Shown piece by piece: positions 37,671-51,199 of a stretch of DNA of 64,000 bases. This stretch comes from Rhynchobatus australiae (lineage: Eukaryota): contig JAUZTB010000074.1 in assembly GCA_034780895.1 (NCBI GenBank), positions 11,629,127-11,693,126 of the forward strand, read 5' to 3'. The position numbers were made by a program, and so were the translations under genes. Below the pieces are notes generated by a model. That model saw only the letters and a program-made list of their open reading frames with translations. It did no database searches and was not told where the DNA came from. How positions within the stretch are numbered: the first letter of the stretch is position 1; each line of letters opens with the position of its first letter.

Positions 37671-40156
37671 AGCAGGACAGTTAGACTCAAGATGCCAAAG
37701 ATTTGAGTGTGTTTCACGTGCTCTTCATTTGTTAAAACCTTTGTCTCCGTTTGTGTCCATCCTTGTGCCCTTACTTATTTTCTTTCTCTGTAAGCTGCCA
37801 CTCATCTAGGGTGGTGCATGCAGAGTAGAAAGACCCAAACTTAAGCCCAGGCCAATGATTGACACATCATCCGGGACTGGGGAGGGAGAGGATCAATCCA
37901 AATCCCAGTTTCTGTCCATTATCCTGTGAGTGGGTGCAAGTGTGATATCAGGTGAGAACAAATTCTGGTTTGGATGTGATGCCCCTCACATTCAAATAGC
38001 CTGCCAACTACTCACACCCCAGTGGCCATTTTGGGTGAGGTGTTGTAAGGCACAGAAGCAAAATTCCAGTGAGAATCCGTATTCTCAGCAGAGGAGGAGA
38101 AAAGCGTCTGACTTCATATTCTCCACTGTGTGAAGGTTTAATGATACTGGGTGGGAATTGCACAAACTACAACAGCCAATCACAAAAAAATGACCAAGGG
38201 CCATGCCCTGGAACCAGGTAGACTTAGCAGTCCACTGACTCCAGTCAGTCAAGGACAGTGCCTGTTATATCTCCATTGCAAACCTCAAGCTTAAAGAAAC
38301 TTAAAACGTGGTACAGATGTGCTTGAGCAAGCAAGAGGAGCAGCAGTCTTTTTCGTCCCGTNNNNNNNNNNNNNNNNNNNNNNNNNNNNNNNNNNNNNNN
38401 NNNNNNNNNNNNNNNNNNNNNNNNNNNNNNNNNNNNNNNNNNNNNNNNNNNNNNNNNNNNNNNNNNNNNNNNNNNNNNNNNNNNNNNNNNNNNNNNNNNN
38501 NNNNNNNNNNNNNNNNNNNNNNNNNNNNNNNNNNNNNNNNNNNNNNNNNNNNNNNNNNNNNNNNNNNNNNNNNNNNNNNNNNNNNNNNNNNNNNNNNNNN
38601 NNNNNNNNNNNNNNNNNNNNNNNNNNNNNNNNNNNNNNNNNNNNNNNNNNNNNNNNNNNNNNNNNNNNNNNNNNNNNNNNNNNNNNNNNNNNNNNNNNNN
38701 NNNNNNNNNNNNNNNNNNNNNNNNNNNNNNNNNNNNNNNNNNNNNNNNNNNNNNNNNNNNNNNNNNNNNNNNNNNNNNNNNNNNNNNNNNNNNNNNNNNN
38801 NNNNNNNNNNNNNNNNNNNNNNNNNNNNNNNNNNNNNNNNNNNNNNNNNNNNNNNNNNNNNNNNNNNNNNNNNNNNNNNNNNNNNNNNNNNNNNNNNNNN
38901 NNNNNNNNNNNNNNNNNNNNNNNNNNNNNNNNNNNNNNNNNNNNTGAGCATTGTACGGTGTGCATTGCATTACAAACAGAACCCTTTCATCCCAGGCACA
39001 TGATAGCAGCTGATAAGTTAGAGTCAAGAGTGTTCAAAGATGTTGTTGTAGGGTAAAAAGAATGGTTTACTTCCAAGTGGTCCAAAGGAAGGAGTCTCGA
39101 AGATACGTGTAAAGAATTGAGAGGCAGGTTAACTCCTTACACTCAGAGTGCTTAGAATTTTGTACCGGTGCCACTAATTGCTGAATTCAAAATCAAATTC
39201 TACAAAGAGAGGACAGCTGGAAAAGATGGAGCAGCAAGGAGAGCGTCTCCAAGATTTATGAAAAAAATTGAGAGGCAGTCCAACAGAAGAATCTTTACAC
39301 TTGGAGTGCTTAGAATTTAGAATCCCTGTCACAAATTATTGCTGAATTTGAAAACAAGTTCTACAATGAGAGAGCAGCTGGAAGAGGGAGCAGCGGAAGG
39401 GTGGGATTCTCATCGAGCCAGCCAGCAGAGATTTGGTGGGTTGAATGGCCTGTTTCTGTGCAAGAAGCTTTCATGATTCTGTCATTTTAAATATACAGGA
39501 TTTTACATATTTTTTAAAAAGGCAAAAGAATTTGTCCTTTGTAGTTTGGAAAACCTGAGGGTTTCAGAAGCAAGTGCCACAGTGGGACTTTGCTACGTTG
39601 TTCTCAGGATGTGATAGCATCAAACCTGAAACAAGAGGGAAATCTCACTTTGTAGAATATTTATTTAGACAAATGAAACCTGTGACTTGCCCACCCTGCC
39701 CCTCCCTCTAAGCCACTCATTTAATCTCCTCACCATGAAATATTGTTTGCCATCAGTGCGTATAATATAATTGTGGATGAGCTACTGAGCAGCCCTGTTG
39801 GAACTCTGCAGGGGTCCGTAGAGATTTCATTATTGCATTCTTATCTGTGGCATTTTCAACACAGATGCTGGTCTCCTGTCCTGTGGGATCCCCTGTTTTA
39901 AAGACCCAACAGCTTCTTTAGTTCATGCACGTCAGAGGGACCACAAGGAAATACTACAATCAGCCTTTAATCTGCTGTTTTACTTCAGGTTGCTTTGTTT
40001 AATTTTTAATGTTCTCAGAATCAACCGTAAAATTGTAATGATTTCAGAAGATTTATTCAATGTAATTAAAGTTTTACAATTTATTATATATGTGGTTGAT
40101 TGATTATTTAGTCAGGTATTCAGATGGCATATGTATGAGATATAGGTACACTGTAC

Positions 40157-40202
40157 AATAAATATATCCATACATATGCAAAGTCCAGATCATATCAATA
40201 AA
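40157..40202 (+). terminator. Candidate polyadenylation signals for the truncated NTRK3 isoform
   Basis: AATAAA at 40157-40162 (just after TGTA) and at 40197-40202; ATTAAA at 40065-40070. First AATAAA seen downstream of the 37670 stop, ignoring the gap at 38362-38943. AT-rich context. Confidence 0.35.
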
Positions 40203-41299
40203 TGGTACCTTGCTGGAACATAGCAAACATCTATAGTCAAGGTACTGGGTAAAATGCTGCACCGATACACAATGAGGGAAGGTAATACAGGAAAATATAT
40301 CACTGCAGTGAAATTGTTCCCACTGTAAGCTTAGGCTTCTGGGGGTTACTGTTGAGCTTTGTGACTAAAATTCTAAAAGTGATCTTGCAGAATTGGGCGA
40401 AAATCTCAAGCAACAACCTTATTGCTGAATGCCAGTGGAATACAAAGCACCAGGCTTTTCACAGGAACACTAACAGTCAAAACAACACAGAATGTGACAG
40501 AGTGACACATGGAGGGGTGACCAAAAGCTCGGCCAAGGAGGTAGGCTTAAAGAAGTGATGAAGAAGGGAGGTAGATGGGAGCTTTACAGAGGGAATTCCA
40601 AACCTTTGGCCCCAGGCAGCTGAAAGCCAGTAGTGAAGTGATTAAGTTTGAATGTGCAAAACAGGCTGCTTTGGTTTATATTTTCCTGATTTCAAAGTGG
40701 AACACCAAGCAGTTTGAACCAGAATGATATGTGAGGGTCCCGTCCTCCCCATTCTCTCGTACTAACACATGTCGGAGCTCAGGAGAGGACAGAACAAATA
40801 CCAGTAACAGCAGCTTAAGAGTGAAATGACATCCCCTCCAAATCCACAGTGTGAAGTTGCTCTGTCTCTTAAATGCCCAGCTGCTTGTGGTGTCTGTGAC
40901 ATGTGGTGTTATCTGTAATTCATGTTCAATAATTCTCCTCGACAATTACTGGGAGATTATAGGAGCTTAAAATGAAAAAAAATCAAGAGCTTTTTGTTCA
41001 TGCTTAAATCTGAGTCTTGACAATGAAATAGNNNNNNNNNNNNNNNNNNNGGTTTTGTTAATTACTAACATTACTCTGTAACTCACCATCACCAAGCATA
41101 ACAAGATAGTGGTTATTTGTTCAAACTCAATTTAGGATGAAATTATTGTAAAACTGATGTGAGCATTAAAATTACTGATGGAGAGAAATTGTTCTTTCTT
41201 TGTTAAAACATTTGCTGTTACACATTTAATGTTATCAGTGAAGTAATAAAGTTTATTTGAAATGGCTGTCAGCCCTTTGGCAATGTTGATGGATTTTAA

Positions 41300-42120
41300 A
41301 CAGTTTTACAGGACATGCACCTCAGCAAAGGTTCACTCAGTGCCATTGGCTGTCAGCATGTCCAGGAGTACAAACAAGGCAGGCATCAACAATGGAACTT
41401 ACTGCATTTTCAGGATTTCCAAAGAGTGTTTTGGATTGTTTGGTATTTTACCAAATGAAGCTGGAATCGGATTTGAATTTTTTGAAGTGGGGAAAGGGAT
41501 GAGTAATGTCCTGTGTGGATTGTTGCCTGTGGTAGGAACTGTTCTCTCAACAACAGAGTGGGCCACAGGTTCCTGATGCCAGCGTGTTGCGTTGGAGTGG
41601 GTAAGTACCAAGTTAATCTTAAACAATAGGTTTTTCAATCCTAGATGTTCAATAGCATAAAGGCTTCAGAAACGCAGGCAGCTGAACTGGCTGTCTTGAG
41701 TCATGAAGCTCTGATAGCACTTTCCTAGGGCTGAAGGCCACTCAGCTTCTTGTCCTCAGGTGGGCTCTTTGAAGAGGTCATCTAATTTGCCTCCAGTCTC
41801 ATTCACCTTTCTTCATGCTCTTGAATTTTTTTTCTTCACGAGCAAAGTTACATTGAAGCTCGGTCCAGCTCTCCCTCTGCCAGTACATCAGTCTAAGTGG
41901 AAAATTTTCTCTTTTCTGATTCTTGTTAAGTCATCCCAGGATGTTGAACCAGTTGATGCTAGTGCATATGCTGTATGTCAGTGTTTGGTGATTGTTGTGA
42001 ACTATCAGCCTTTTGTTGTAGGAGTGGAATATGCAGCTTACTGTTGTTTTGCAATGAATATTGTCCTTGGCATGGATCTGAAATTGCCAAAGACTGTGGG
42101 ACAGCAAAATGGGGTGACGA
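41300..42120 (+). pseudogene. Probable PIF/Harbinger transposase fossil
   Basis: Ordered motifs in shifting frames: AFSGFPKSVLDC (about 41405), W..GS/DASVLRWS (about 41560-41600), CQCL..YQP.....CCFAMNIVLGMD (41976-42080). Compare recalled HARBI1-family GFP.VIGAIDC, WPGS.HD..VL..S and FRCL...QYSP.....CCVLHNISL..GMD. Confidence 0.4.
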
Positions 42121-42529
42121 TATTGTGGGGAGATTTCACTGGTAACCACTACATACATTTATGCCATTACAACAACATTTGAAGGAGAACAAGGTTATTT
42201 CAGAGTCTTCCCCACACCCATTCCCAACACCCTGATCCACATACTGCTGTGAATTAGTCAAAGGTGACATTCAGTCCTCAGGAGGCAGCTGGCAGGATCA
42301 CCACTCCTACTCGTTCACTCCTATCAATGTACCAGGTAACAGTGTGACAATTAGCACCACGACTATTAGCTGAATAAAGGCAGGCTCCTAACACAGCTGT
42401 GTCACTTCAGCATATGGTACATAGTCTGGCATTAGAATAGCACAGACCTTTTAGTATCAACTCTCAACCTCAACAGCTAACAGAATATTTTTGCTATGGA
42501 GCTGGTTTGAGCAAAATACAATGAGTTAC

Positions 42530-42800
42530 ATCAGAGCAAAGTGAGAGAAGGAATAAGCTATTCATTCCTTTGGGCCTGCTCTGCCATTCAATTCAATCAT
42601 AGCTGATTATTTGTCTCCATGCCATATTCCTGATCCCTCCCTATATCCCTTGATGCCTTTTGCATCTTGAAATGTGTCAATCTCCTTCTTAAAGATATTC
42701 AGTGACAGCCTCCACAGCCCTCTGTGAAAAATCCACAGCTTCCTCCACCCTCTGAGTGAAGAAATTTCTCACCTCAGTCCTAGATCACTTGCCCTGGATG
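42530..42800 (-). mobile_element. CR1 3' tail
   Basis: gcctgctctgccattcaat...atatcccttgatgcct...ctctgagtgaagaaatttctc. Confidence 0.75.
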
Positions 42801-42802
42801 CG

Positions 42803-43078
42803 ATTTATATATATTTTTTATTTTTATATTTTATTTACAGCATGGNNNNNNNNNNNNNNNNNNNNNNNNNNNNNNNNNNNNNNNNNNNNNNNNNNNNNNN
42901 NNNNNNNNNNNNNNNNNNNNNNNNNNNNNNNNNNNNNNNNNNNNNCACGCAGACACGGGAGAATGTACAAACTCCTTACAGGCAGCGGCGGGAATCGAAC
43001 CCGGGTCGCTGGCGCTGTAATACCGTTGTGCTAACCACTACACTACCGTGCCGCCCCTTGCGCTACCGTGCTGCCCCT
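42803..43078 (-). mobile_element. Young tRNA-derived SINE
   Basis: CpG-retaining ggcgggaatcgaacccgggtcgctggcgctgtaa...gctaaccactacactaccgtgccgcccc; AT-rich tail at 42803-42840; duplicated 5' end. Confidence 0.88.
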
Positions 43079-45214
43079 TTTGAAAGGCCATTTAAATGAC
43101 CTTTCAAAAAATAAACCAAAACCTCCTGAGCTGAGCAACATAACATTGAACAGGGATATTTTTGGTCTGCGTGAGGAGCTAGTTAGTTCTGAATTATATT
43201 ATTTCAGTGAAAGGTGATGTCTGTCTCAATACCACCACATGATTGTGGAATGGCAATCTACCTTAGTATCTGTGAATTATTTTTAAGTAAGGAAGGCAAT
43301 GTCTGTCTCAATCTATCAGTAACATCATGTGAACAACCGCAAAGACCCTTTGAAACCTGCAGTACTGAGCAGACATGAATCGCCTGCTTAACATATGGAC
43401 AGCTGACAAACTATGTGGAAATGAGTTGTTCTGATGGTTCTCTTGAGAGGGATAAGGAATGGGCTGTAATTCTGTAGCTAATCTGGGTGGGATAACATGA
43501 AAGAGTGTAGGAATATTCATTTATTAGTACTTGTTCTGCGCATGGGAGAAAGATATTGTGCAGCAGGACTATTCTAAAGTTAATCTATGCCTCTCTCCAC
43601 CCCTCTTCCAGCCCCAAGTATTTACGTATAACAAGAAAAACAGGAAAGGCTTCATGGTTAATTGTAAACCATCTTGTGCCCTTGATATCACCCAGCAGAG
43701 CATTGAGAAAGCATCCAAATGGAGTTCAATTAACGATTGGAAAATATATAAGGAGAGTATAGTTTATATTGGCCACAGCAGGCAGACAATCCCACTGATG
43801 TGGAGACCTATGGTGTTCAACGGCCAGTTTTCTCAGGCTTTTGTTTTGCCGTTGTCAACAAAATTAGCCGCATCTATTGCTACCAATATTCCTAGCCAGA
43901 ATGGAAATGATTGGCTAATTCTCCCATCAATCATACCTGACAACAACACTGCTACAAAGTGACCAGGATTGATTTTATGTCTATAATTTGTATGCCACTA
44001 TTCTCCAGTTACTACTTTTATATTCACCCTGATTTAATCAGGTGATATTAGCATATGTTGGTTGAGTTTTGTGTACTGTAGTTCAACAGCAATTTTAAAA
44101 ATGGACTCCATAAACTTAGTTATTGCAATGTACCATTTAAGTAGACTCTGTAGACTGGTTGTTGCAGTATTTGTTTAAATAGACTCCATAGAGTGGTGTG
44201 TGCTGTTTAAATAGACTCTAGTTTCTAGATGCACCATTGCACTATTGTTCTATTTAAACCTTAAACCAAGTGCTGAAATGTTCTGTTTCCATAGACCCTG
44301 TTCTGTAAATAGACCAGTTATTGCTTAAACTCCTGTTTTCAGTCTTATCGTAAGTTTTACTCCATTTAATTGGTGGAAACAATACCACCCATGGACAACG
44401 AAACACAATGATGTTTTTAGGACCATTTTCAAAGGCAGATACCATTTCTATCAGTTTCATTTGCATCTCCTTCAGATTTGTCCTTTCTTTTGGTCTCCTT
44501 TGTTAAAGGAAACTATCACACCATACGCAGTTCTCACATATAACCCATTACCAGAAATCTCTTTAGTATCTTTCTTCTTCCTTCCTTCCTTCTTCAAGAG
44601 CCAACACTGTTTTATTCATATGACTTCCAGTGAGGTTTTTGATACATGTTCTGTTTTGTAGACTGCGTTAAGCAATGGGTGGAAGTTGACTCAATTAAAT
44701 CCAGTGACCAGTAGGTTTCATTCATCAGTTCAGGGCAACATTGAATTCAAGTTAACCATATGAATTGTGGTCACCTTGTCAACTGTGCTGCCTAGTTCAA
44801 TGCTTTTGTCTCCCACTGAGCAGTTTAGAGGTTCCCTGGAGATTTTTTAAACATATCAATGCTCCACCAAATTAACTGAATAATAGGACAGGGACGTGAG
44901 GAAACATCTTTTTTATTTAACTAATATTGGTGTTGGAGCTTTTAAGGCTTGGAAGTTAGTGTCAGGTCTTGTAACCTATAACATGGTGAACTGAGGAGAA
45001 TGCTTCAAAAGAAACCTGATATACAGAAACTCTTTTCTTCATGTTCCTCTCCTTGCAATGGGATTTTTTTTTGCAGTGCGTGATATTTAAACAGAAGGAT
45101 GATGTCAGCTTTGGCTGGGTGTTAATATTCACATCCCAGAATCAGATATTTGTAAATTCATATCCCAGTCTATGACTAAGCACACAAAACAGGCTGACAC
45201 CCAGTTCACCCACG

Positions 45215-45860
45215 TTCTCGGGTGTGATGTTGAACCTCGTGGAGCAAGTCGATAAGTTGGTTAAGAAACAAGCGAGATAATGACCTTTATTAACTGAGGT
45301 GGAAAAAATATGAGCAGGAAAGTCATATCTGAACTGTATAAAGCAATAGTTAGGCCACAGCTAAAGAACTGTGTTTGGTTCTGTTCACCACATAGGAGGA
45401 AGGCTACGATAGCATAAGAGAAAAAACCTACACAGCTGTTGCCAGAGTATTTTAGTTGTGAAGAAGGGGCGGGGTGTTTCTTTGGAGCAAAGACAGCTGA
45501 GTAAAGTTTTAATAGAAATCTATAAGCTGAAGTGAGGTTTGGGAAAGTTAACAGGATATTGCTCTATATTTTTCTAGAAAGGTCAAAAACTAGGAGACAC
45601 GGATTTAGTGTAATTGGTAGAATTATCAAGAAAGCAATTGAGGAAAGCTTTTTCTCGAAGGTTACTGCGGGTCGGGAATCCACTGCATGAAAGGATAATG
45701 GAGGCAAGAGATGCCATCACATTGAAAAATTACCTGGATGAGGATCTGTAGAACCATGTCCTATGGGGACCATGGGCTGGGGACAGGAGCAACATAAATA
45801 GCTTTTCTTTGTCCATTGATGTCAAGATGGGCTGAATGGTCTCCTTTTGTGCTGCAGATT
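45215..45860 (+). mobile_element. Old CR1 3' fragment
   Basis: gaactgtataaagcaatagttaggccacagcta...ttctgttcaccaca (LYK..VRPQL..C..F.SPH), tail gatgggctgaatggtctcct. Confidence 0.75.
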
Positions 45861-48800
45861 TCCATATTACATTCAGCTCCAAAAGATCCCATCATACTCT
45901 CTGAAAAAGACCACCATCCTGGTCAATAATTATTCTACAAAGAACAATACAAAAACAGATCATCTGGTGATTTATACATGCAGTCCCCACTTGAACAAAC
46001 ACGGGCACAGTGCCCACATCCTATTTTGCCCAACAAGCAACTCTAAAATGTCAGCCAGTAGAAAACAAACACTCACATCTGCCGGGTGTATTACTTATGT
46101 ACAACTCATTACAAAGCTAGTACTGAAGCAGAAAATACAGACTTGGCTTTGAAATTCAAATCCAAGCATCAAGGAAGATAGAAGCCTCACATCAGGAGAA
46201 ATGTTATCCTTTTGTCAAAGCTCCTGAGAAAGGCAATGACAGTGGTGGAGTTGCTGGTAACTGGAAGTGTGACATGGAAGGTACTGGTGATGGAGGGACT
46301 AGTCTCTGAGGCCAGCACAGCATTAATGTTAGTGCAGATGAAACTAGTCTCTAAGACCAGGACTGTTGGCAATGAAGGGGCCAATATATAAGGATGAGGT
46401 AGGCTGGATGCTAGTGCTGGAGAGGCTGATATTTGTGAGTGATTCATGTTCTGTTAGTTGATGCAGGAAGTTGTCTCAGTGTGGAGGTGCTCAGTCCTCT
46501 CAGTCCTCCCTCACTGCAGGCTAAAGTATGTCTAAAGTATGTAACAAAGCTGTGGGCAGAGGTGCTTGAGTTTGGGTCTGGCTTGTTTGGTTTTGGAAGG
46601 AGTATTGGCTGTGGATGGTCCACTTTCCAAATATTGGGATGTCGAGGTGGTGCTGAGTGGGGCAAACAGTCCTGGTGATGAAATGTACCACAGCTTATTA
46701 TCTCTGATAAGAAATATTAATGACGCATGTGCATGCCTTCTATGTGCATTCTGTTCCTCTTTTGGAAGTATTCAAATAGGAAACATTGAATGAAGCCACC
46801 AGTTCATATCTCACTTAACACTAATCCCAATGTACAGATCTCCCTATAGTCACCCAAAGAATTGATAGTGGTTGAATTCAGCCACAGTAGGGTGACAGGA
46901 CCAAAATAAGCAAGCACCAGACAATGGTGCTGAGAAAGGGCCATGGCTCTTAACAGATTGGTGCTTAAAATTCTCTCTTTAAATTCCCTTTGCCAACTTC
47001 TAATTTTATGCAATGATTTATTGATGCCTGAAACCCTGGAGGTTCCCCAGCTGATCTTGAATTGTTGCCTTCATTGGTCCTGGAAGTACTTTCTCAGTTC
47101 CCAGATAGTCCAGTCTTTCTTCTCTTGTTTCTGACTTTTACCCAGAAAGCTGCAGTTACACTCAACCATTATGTAAATAAAGGGAGGTGATTTGAGGACA
47201 CATTTGATGCGTGAGACTCAACCAGGCAGGAAGGAGAAAAATTAGTTTGTGAGGTGGTCATGGCCCCATGATTCTATAAGTTCTCAGAACGTTCAGATGG
47301 GTTTTTTATTCGATGAGATTTTGCTTCTATTGATTATGTCCAATGTCTCGAAATGAGTGGATCACTGCACCACTTTGACCTACTCCCCCAAGGCAGGTAA
47401 TGTTCACTCTTTCACCTTGATTGTGGTGCAAATCTCTGATGCTGAGCCCGCAGAGCTGTGCCCACTGACTTAAGAACACCTGATAGTGGTGGCATAGTCT
47501 ATGGGAGATATTGGTTCTCCCTAACTCAGTCTAATTGCTCTCCAAGATGAAGTTAAATAACTCAGTGCAAAAGAGTTTCTCAGCCTGCAGTCCTTCTATG
47601 GCAAGTACAGCACATAAAAGAAATCTGAAGTAACACAGAAAGCAATTCAAATATACAGCAGGTTTGGCAAGATCTGTGGAGAGAAAATGAGAATTAATAT
47701 TTCAGGTCAAAACATGGTTCAGTCCCACACTGAGTGGTTAACACACTAGCTGAAGGATCTGAGAAGACCTTAAGAACATGAACATAAAAATAGAAACAGG
47801 AGTTTGTCACTCAGCCTCAGATACCTTCTCCTCCACTCAACCTTTTACCTCTGAGCCACTTTCTTGTATATCTTTACTGTCCAAAATTCTGTTGAACTCT
47901 TGTGACTGAACCTCCACAGCCTCTTGGGCAGAGAATTCCACAGACTCACCAACCTCCAGAAGAGAAAAAAAAATTCTCATCTCCTGAATGGCTAGCCCCT
48001 GACTTTAAGACTGTGATCCTTCTTTTAAAATGTTGTATAATTTCTCATATGTTCAGATATGTGTTCTGGTCGATGAGATTTTGTTTTTGTCGATTATGTC
48101 CAATGCAAATTCCTTATGATGGAGGATTTGCCAAAGTGTGAATCAGCCTGTCATGGTTTGACATTTTCAGATAGAAACACCAGAACTATAATGGGAAGAA
48201 ATGAGTGATGTTAAATTCTGCATCATGCCTTTATGTGATAAGACCTGGCAGTGCTACGCATCCTACTTGACCTTGGTTCATCCCAAGGTCAGCTCTCTGA
48301 TGTCTCATCAGTGAGTTTATAAAATTATTCACAGTCTCTAATGGCTGCTTTTGTTACCTAGAGACACCCACAGCAGAGTTCAGTTTCTCTTTATAGATCG
48401 GATTGTGCTGTGTGATTTGGTGCCAGTAGCTTGTCATTGGTGGGCTGTTCACTTCTTTAACTCACAAATAACTGGGGTTCCTATTTAAGGCCAGCTGCCT
48501 GATTAACTTCTGAATTACCAGGATGTGGTCAAGTATCAAGTGATTTACTCTTTAGTTTCCATAATCTGATGAAAGATTGCAAATTCCACCGAGGTAAGGC
48601 AGTCCATTCTCAGGGTGTGGCTGTGACTCTGATCAGCATCACCCAACATCTAAAAGAAATGGTATGTTGACCGTGGGTGCAATGGGTTGGTGGGAGACAT
48701 GTTGCTACCCCAGCGTTTTCACTGTCATACCAGTCCTGAAAATCATTGTGCATTGTGTTAATTTGACAGTCCCCTGTGACTAGTTTCTGAGCATTTATTG

Positions 48801-49568
48801 AGAGTTTAATGGAGGGAAATAATGGAGATTCCCTCTGGAGGTTTCATTATTCCTGCGTTTTGAGGGAAAGTGATGGAGAGATGGCATATAAAAGAAAGGA
48901 AGCTGGCAGAAAATATGCACAGGGTCTGTCCCTGACCCACAGGAACGTGAGACACGAGCTCCGTAGATCTCTGAGGTCCTACGTGAATAATTATCCTGTG
49001 GCTGTATTTGAGAAGGCTGATTTTATCCCTCTCAACCTATTGAGAGATATGTCAGTCACTGTGAGCTGACTTGCAGGCTGTTTCTCACAGTAGCCTTGCA
49101 GGCAGCTGTGAAGGTGACAACAGTGCTTAACTTTATATGCATTGGAGTCATCCAGGCAAACTCTGGTGATATTAGTCACAGTCAGTTAGCAGTTCATTGC
49201 TGCTGGACACATCACGGCTGCCCTGTTTAGGCATCCCTCTGAGTTCATTTATTTCTACAAGAGTCCAAGAAAACAAAGATAGATAGATAGAGCGAGAGAG
49301 ACCATCAACATTTTCCGAGTCGCTGGATTCCCATTAGTGGAAGTTACCATTGATGACACTTGTGTTTATAATATCCCTATCTGAAAATCCCATCAACCTC
49401 ACAAACAGAAAATGATTTCATTTGCTAACTGTTCAGGTGGTGAATGATGTTAACCCTTTCTGTTTATATGTCCGTTAATACTTCCTGGTTAACTGTTTGG
49501 TGAATTATCCACAGCAGTTGCCTTGCTGGGAAAGATCCCATTGTTGCCCTTGGAGTTTCACCTAGTTA

Positions 49569-50000
49569 ATCAGAATCAGGTTCATTATCACTGACTTATA
49601 TGTTGTGAAATTTGTTGTTCTGCAGCAGCAGATATTTTGATGTGCAAAGATATAAAATTACTATAAATTACAAAATTAAATAGTGCAAAAAGAAAGGAAT
49701 AATGAGGTAGTGATCATGGGTTTATGGACCATTCAGAAATCTGATGGCAGAGGGAAAGTCGCTGTTTCTGAATCACTGAGTATGAGTCTTCGGGCTCCTG
49801 TACCTCCTCCCTGATGGTAGTAACGAGAAGGGGGCATGTCCCAGATGGTGAGGTTCCCCTAGTGATGATACCACCGAGGCACTGCCTTGATGTCCTTGAT
49901 GGTTGGGAGGATTGTGCCTATGATGGCGCTGGCTGAGTCTATAACCCTCTGCAGCCTCTTGTGATCCTATGCATTGGAGCCTCCACACCAGGCTGTATAG
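49569..50000 (-). mobile_element. Rex1/Babar-type LINE 3' fragment
   Basis: Minus-strand peptide PHHLGHAPFSLLPSGRRYRSPKTHT; tail aatcagaatcagg. Confidence 0.85.
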
Positions 50001-50439
50001 TCAGCCTTCAGGATCTCTGATACCTCCAACTAGCAAACACTAATCATAATTAAAGTGGTAGAGACTTTTCTGCAGTAAATAGGTAAGCAGGTAGGTCTAT
50101 CAGGTGTGTACATTCTGTTTCCACCTTGACCTTGCTTTGTGCCTTGTTCCTACTCCTACCTTGTTGCTATAACCACCCAGCTAAATTATCCCTATGACTA
50201 CCCCTTGTTACCTCATCACATGACTGCCGTATCTGTAGTTTATTATTAGTTACTAAGGCAATGAAGAGGTAGAGCTACCATCAAACATCCTTGATTGAGG
50301 GCAGTAAACTCTTAACTGACAGCAATGTCTGGTACAACAGTGGATCAAGAATTACATACGACATGATACACTCAGTTCAGTACACTTACACCTATATACA
50401 CACTACAGTGACCTCAACAGTAAAGCAAACTAAGAAAAA

Positions 50440-50615
50440 AAAACTGCAGTTGCTGGAAATCTGAAATAAAAACAGAAAATTCTGGAAACACTCAGCAGGT
50501 TAGACAGCATCAGTGGAAGGAGAAACGGTTAACGATTCAGGTCCGAGACCCTTCCTCAGAACTCTCTCCACAGATGCTGCCTGACCTGCTGAGTGTTTCC
50601 AGCAATTTCTATTTC
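50440..50615. mobile_element. Penelope-like palindromic element with minus-strand hammerhead-like core
   Basis: Arms ctggaaacactcagcaggt and acctgctgagtgtttccag are exact inverted repeats; minus strand reads CTGAGGA-AGGGTCTCGGACCT-GAATC-GTT. Confidence 0.75.
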
Positions 50616-51199
50616 TATCACAGCAACCTCACCTTGTCTATGCTATGATTATCACTCGTTATCTTGTCATCTTGATTACTTCCCTCATTTTCTCATCACC
50701 ATGGCTACCATTTATCAGTCATGACTTTAACCTCTTACACCTATTGAGTGTTTCCGCAGCATTCGGAAGGTTTGTGATTTGTGGCCAGGACTCTAAAGGT
50801 CAGGGAGTGATCTGCCACAGTGAACTCAAAGCCCATTGAAGGACAACTTTCACTGTATGTTGAATGAGCACCAACATAACAGTGAAACTCCACCAGAATG
50901 AGACTGGAACCTCCCTAATAAACTAATGGAAGGAAGTGCCCCTCTATCACCACTACTACCTGCAGCCCTGTAGTGTTGGTCACAGGGCTCAGTTGGGCTG
51001 ATAAGCCATGAGATAACAGGGCAGGGCAAGTAATCCAGTGGAAGCGCTGGAACCATCCAAGGAAGCAGTCACTGCTGCTACTCTAAGATTGACGTGTCTC
51101 CCANNNNNNNNNNCCTAACTGCCCATTGTCCAGTCATGGACTGGTGCTGACCACCAATACCACCTGCCTCCAGAACTGTGGTCTTCAGACTTGAACAAT

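Noticed and set aside
46150-46800. Ser/Thr/Pro-rich minus-strand ORFs
   Set aside because: Low complexity, no domain motif and no splice support.
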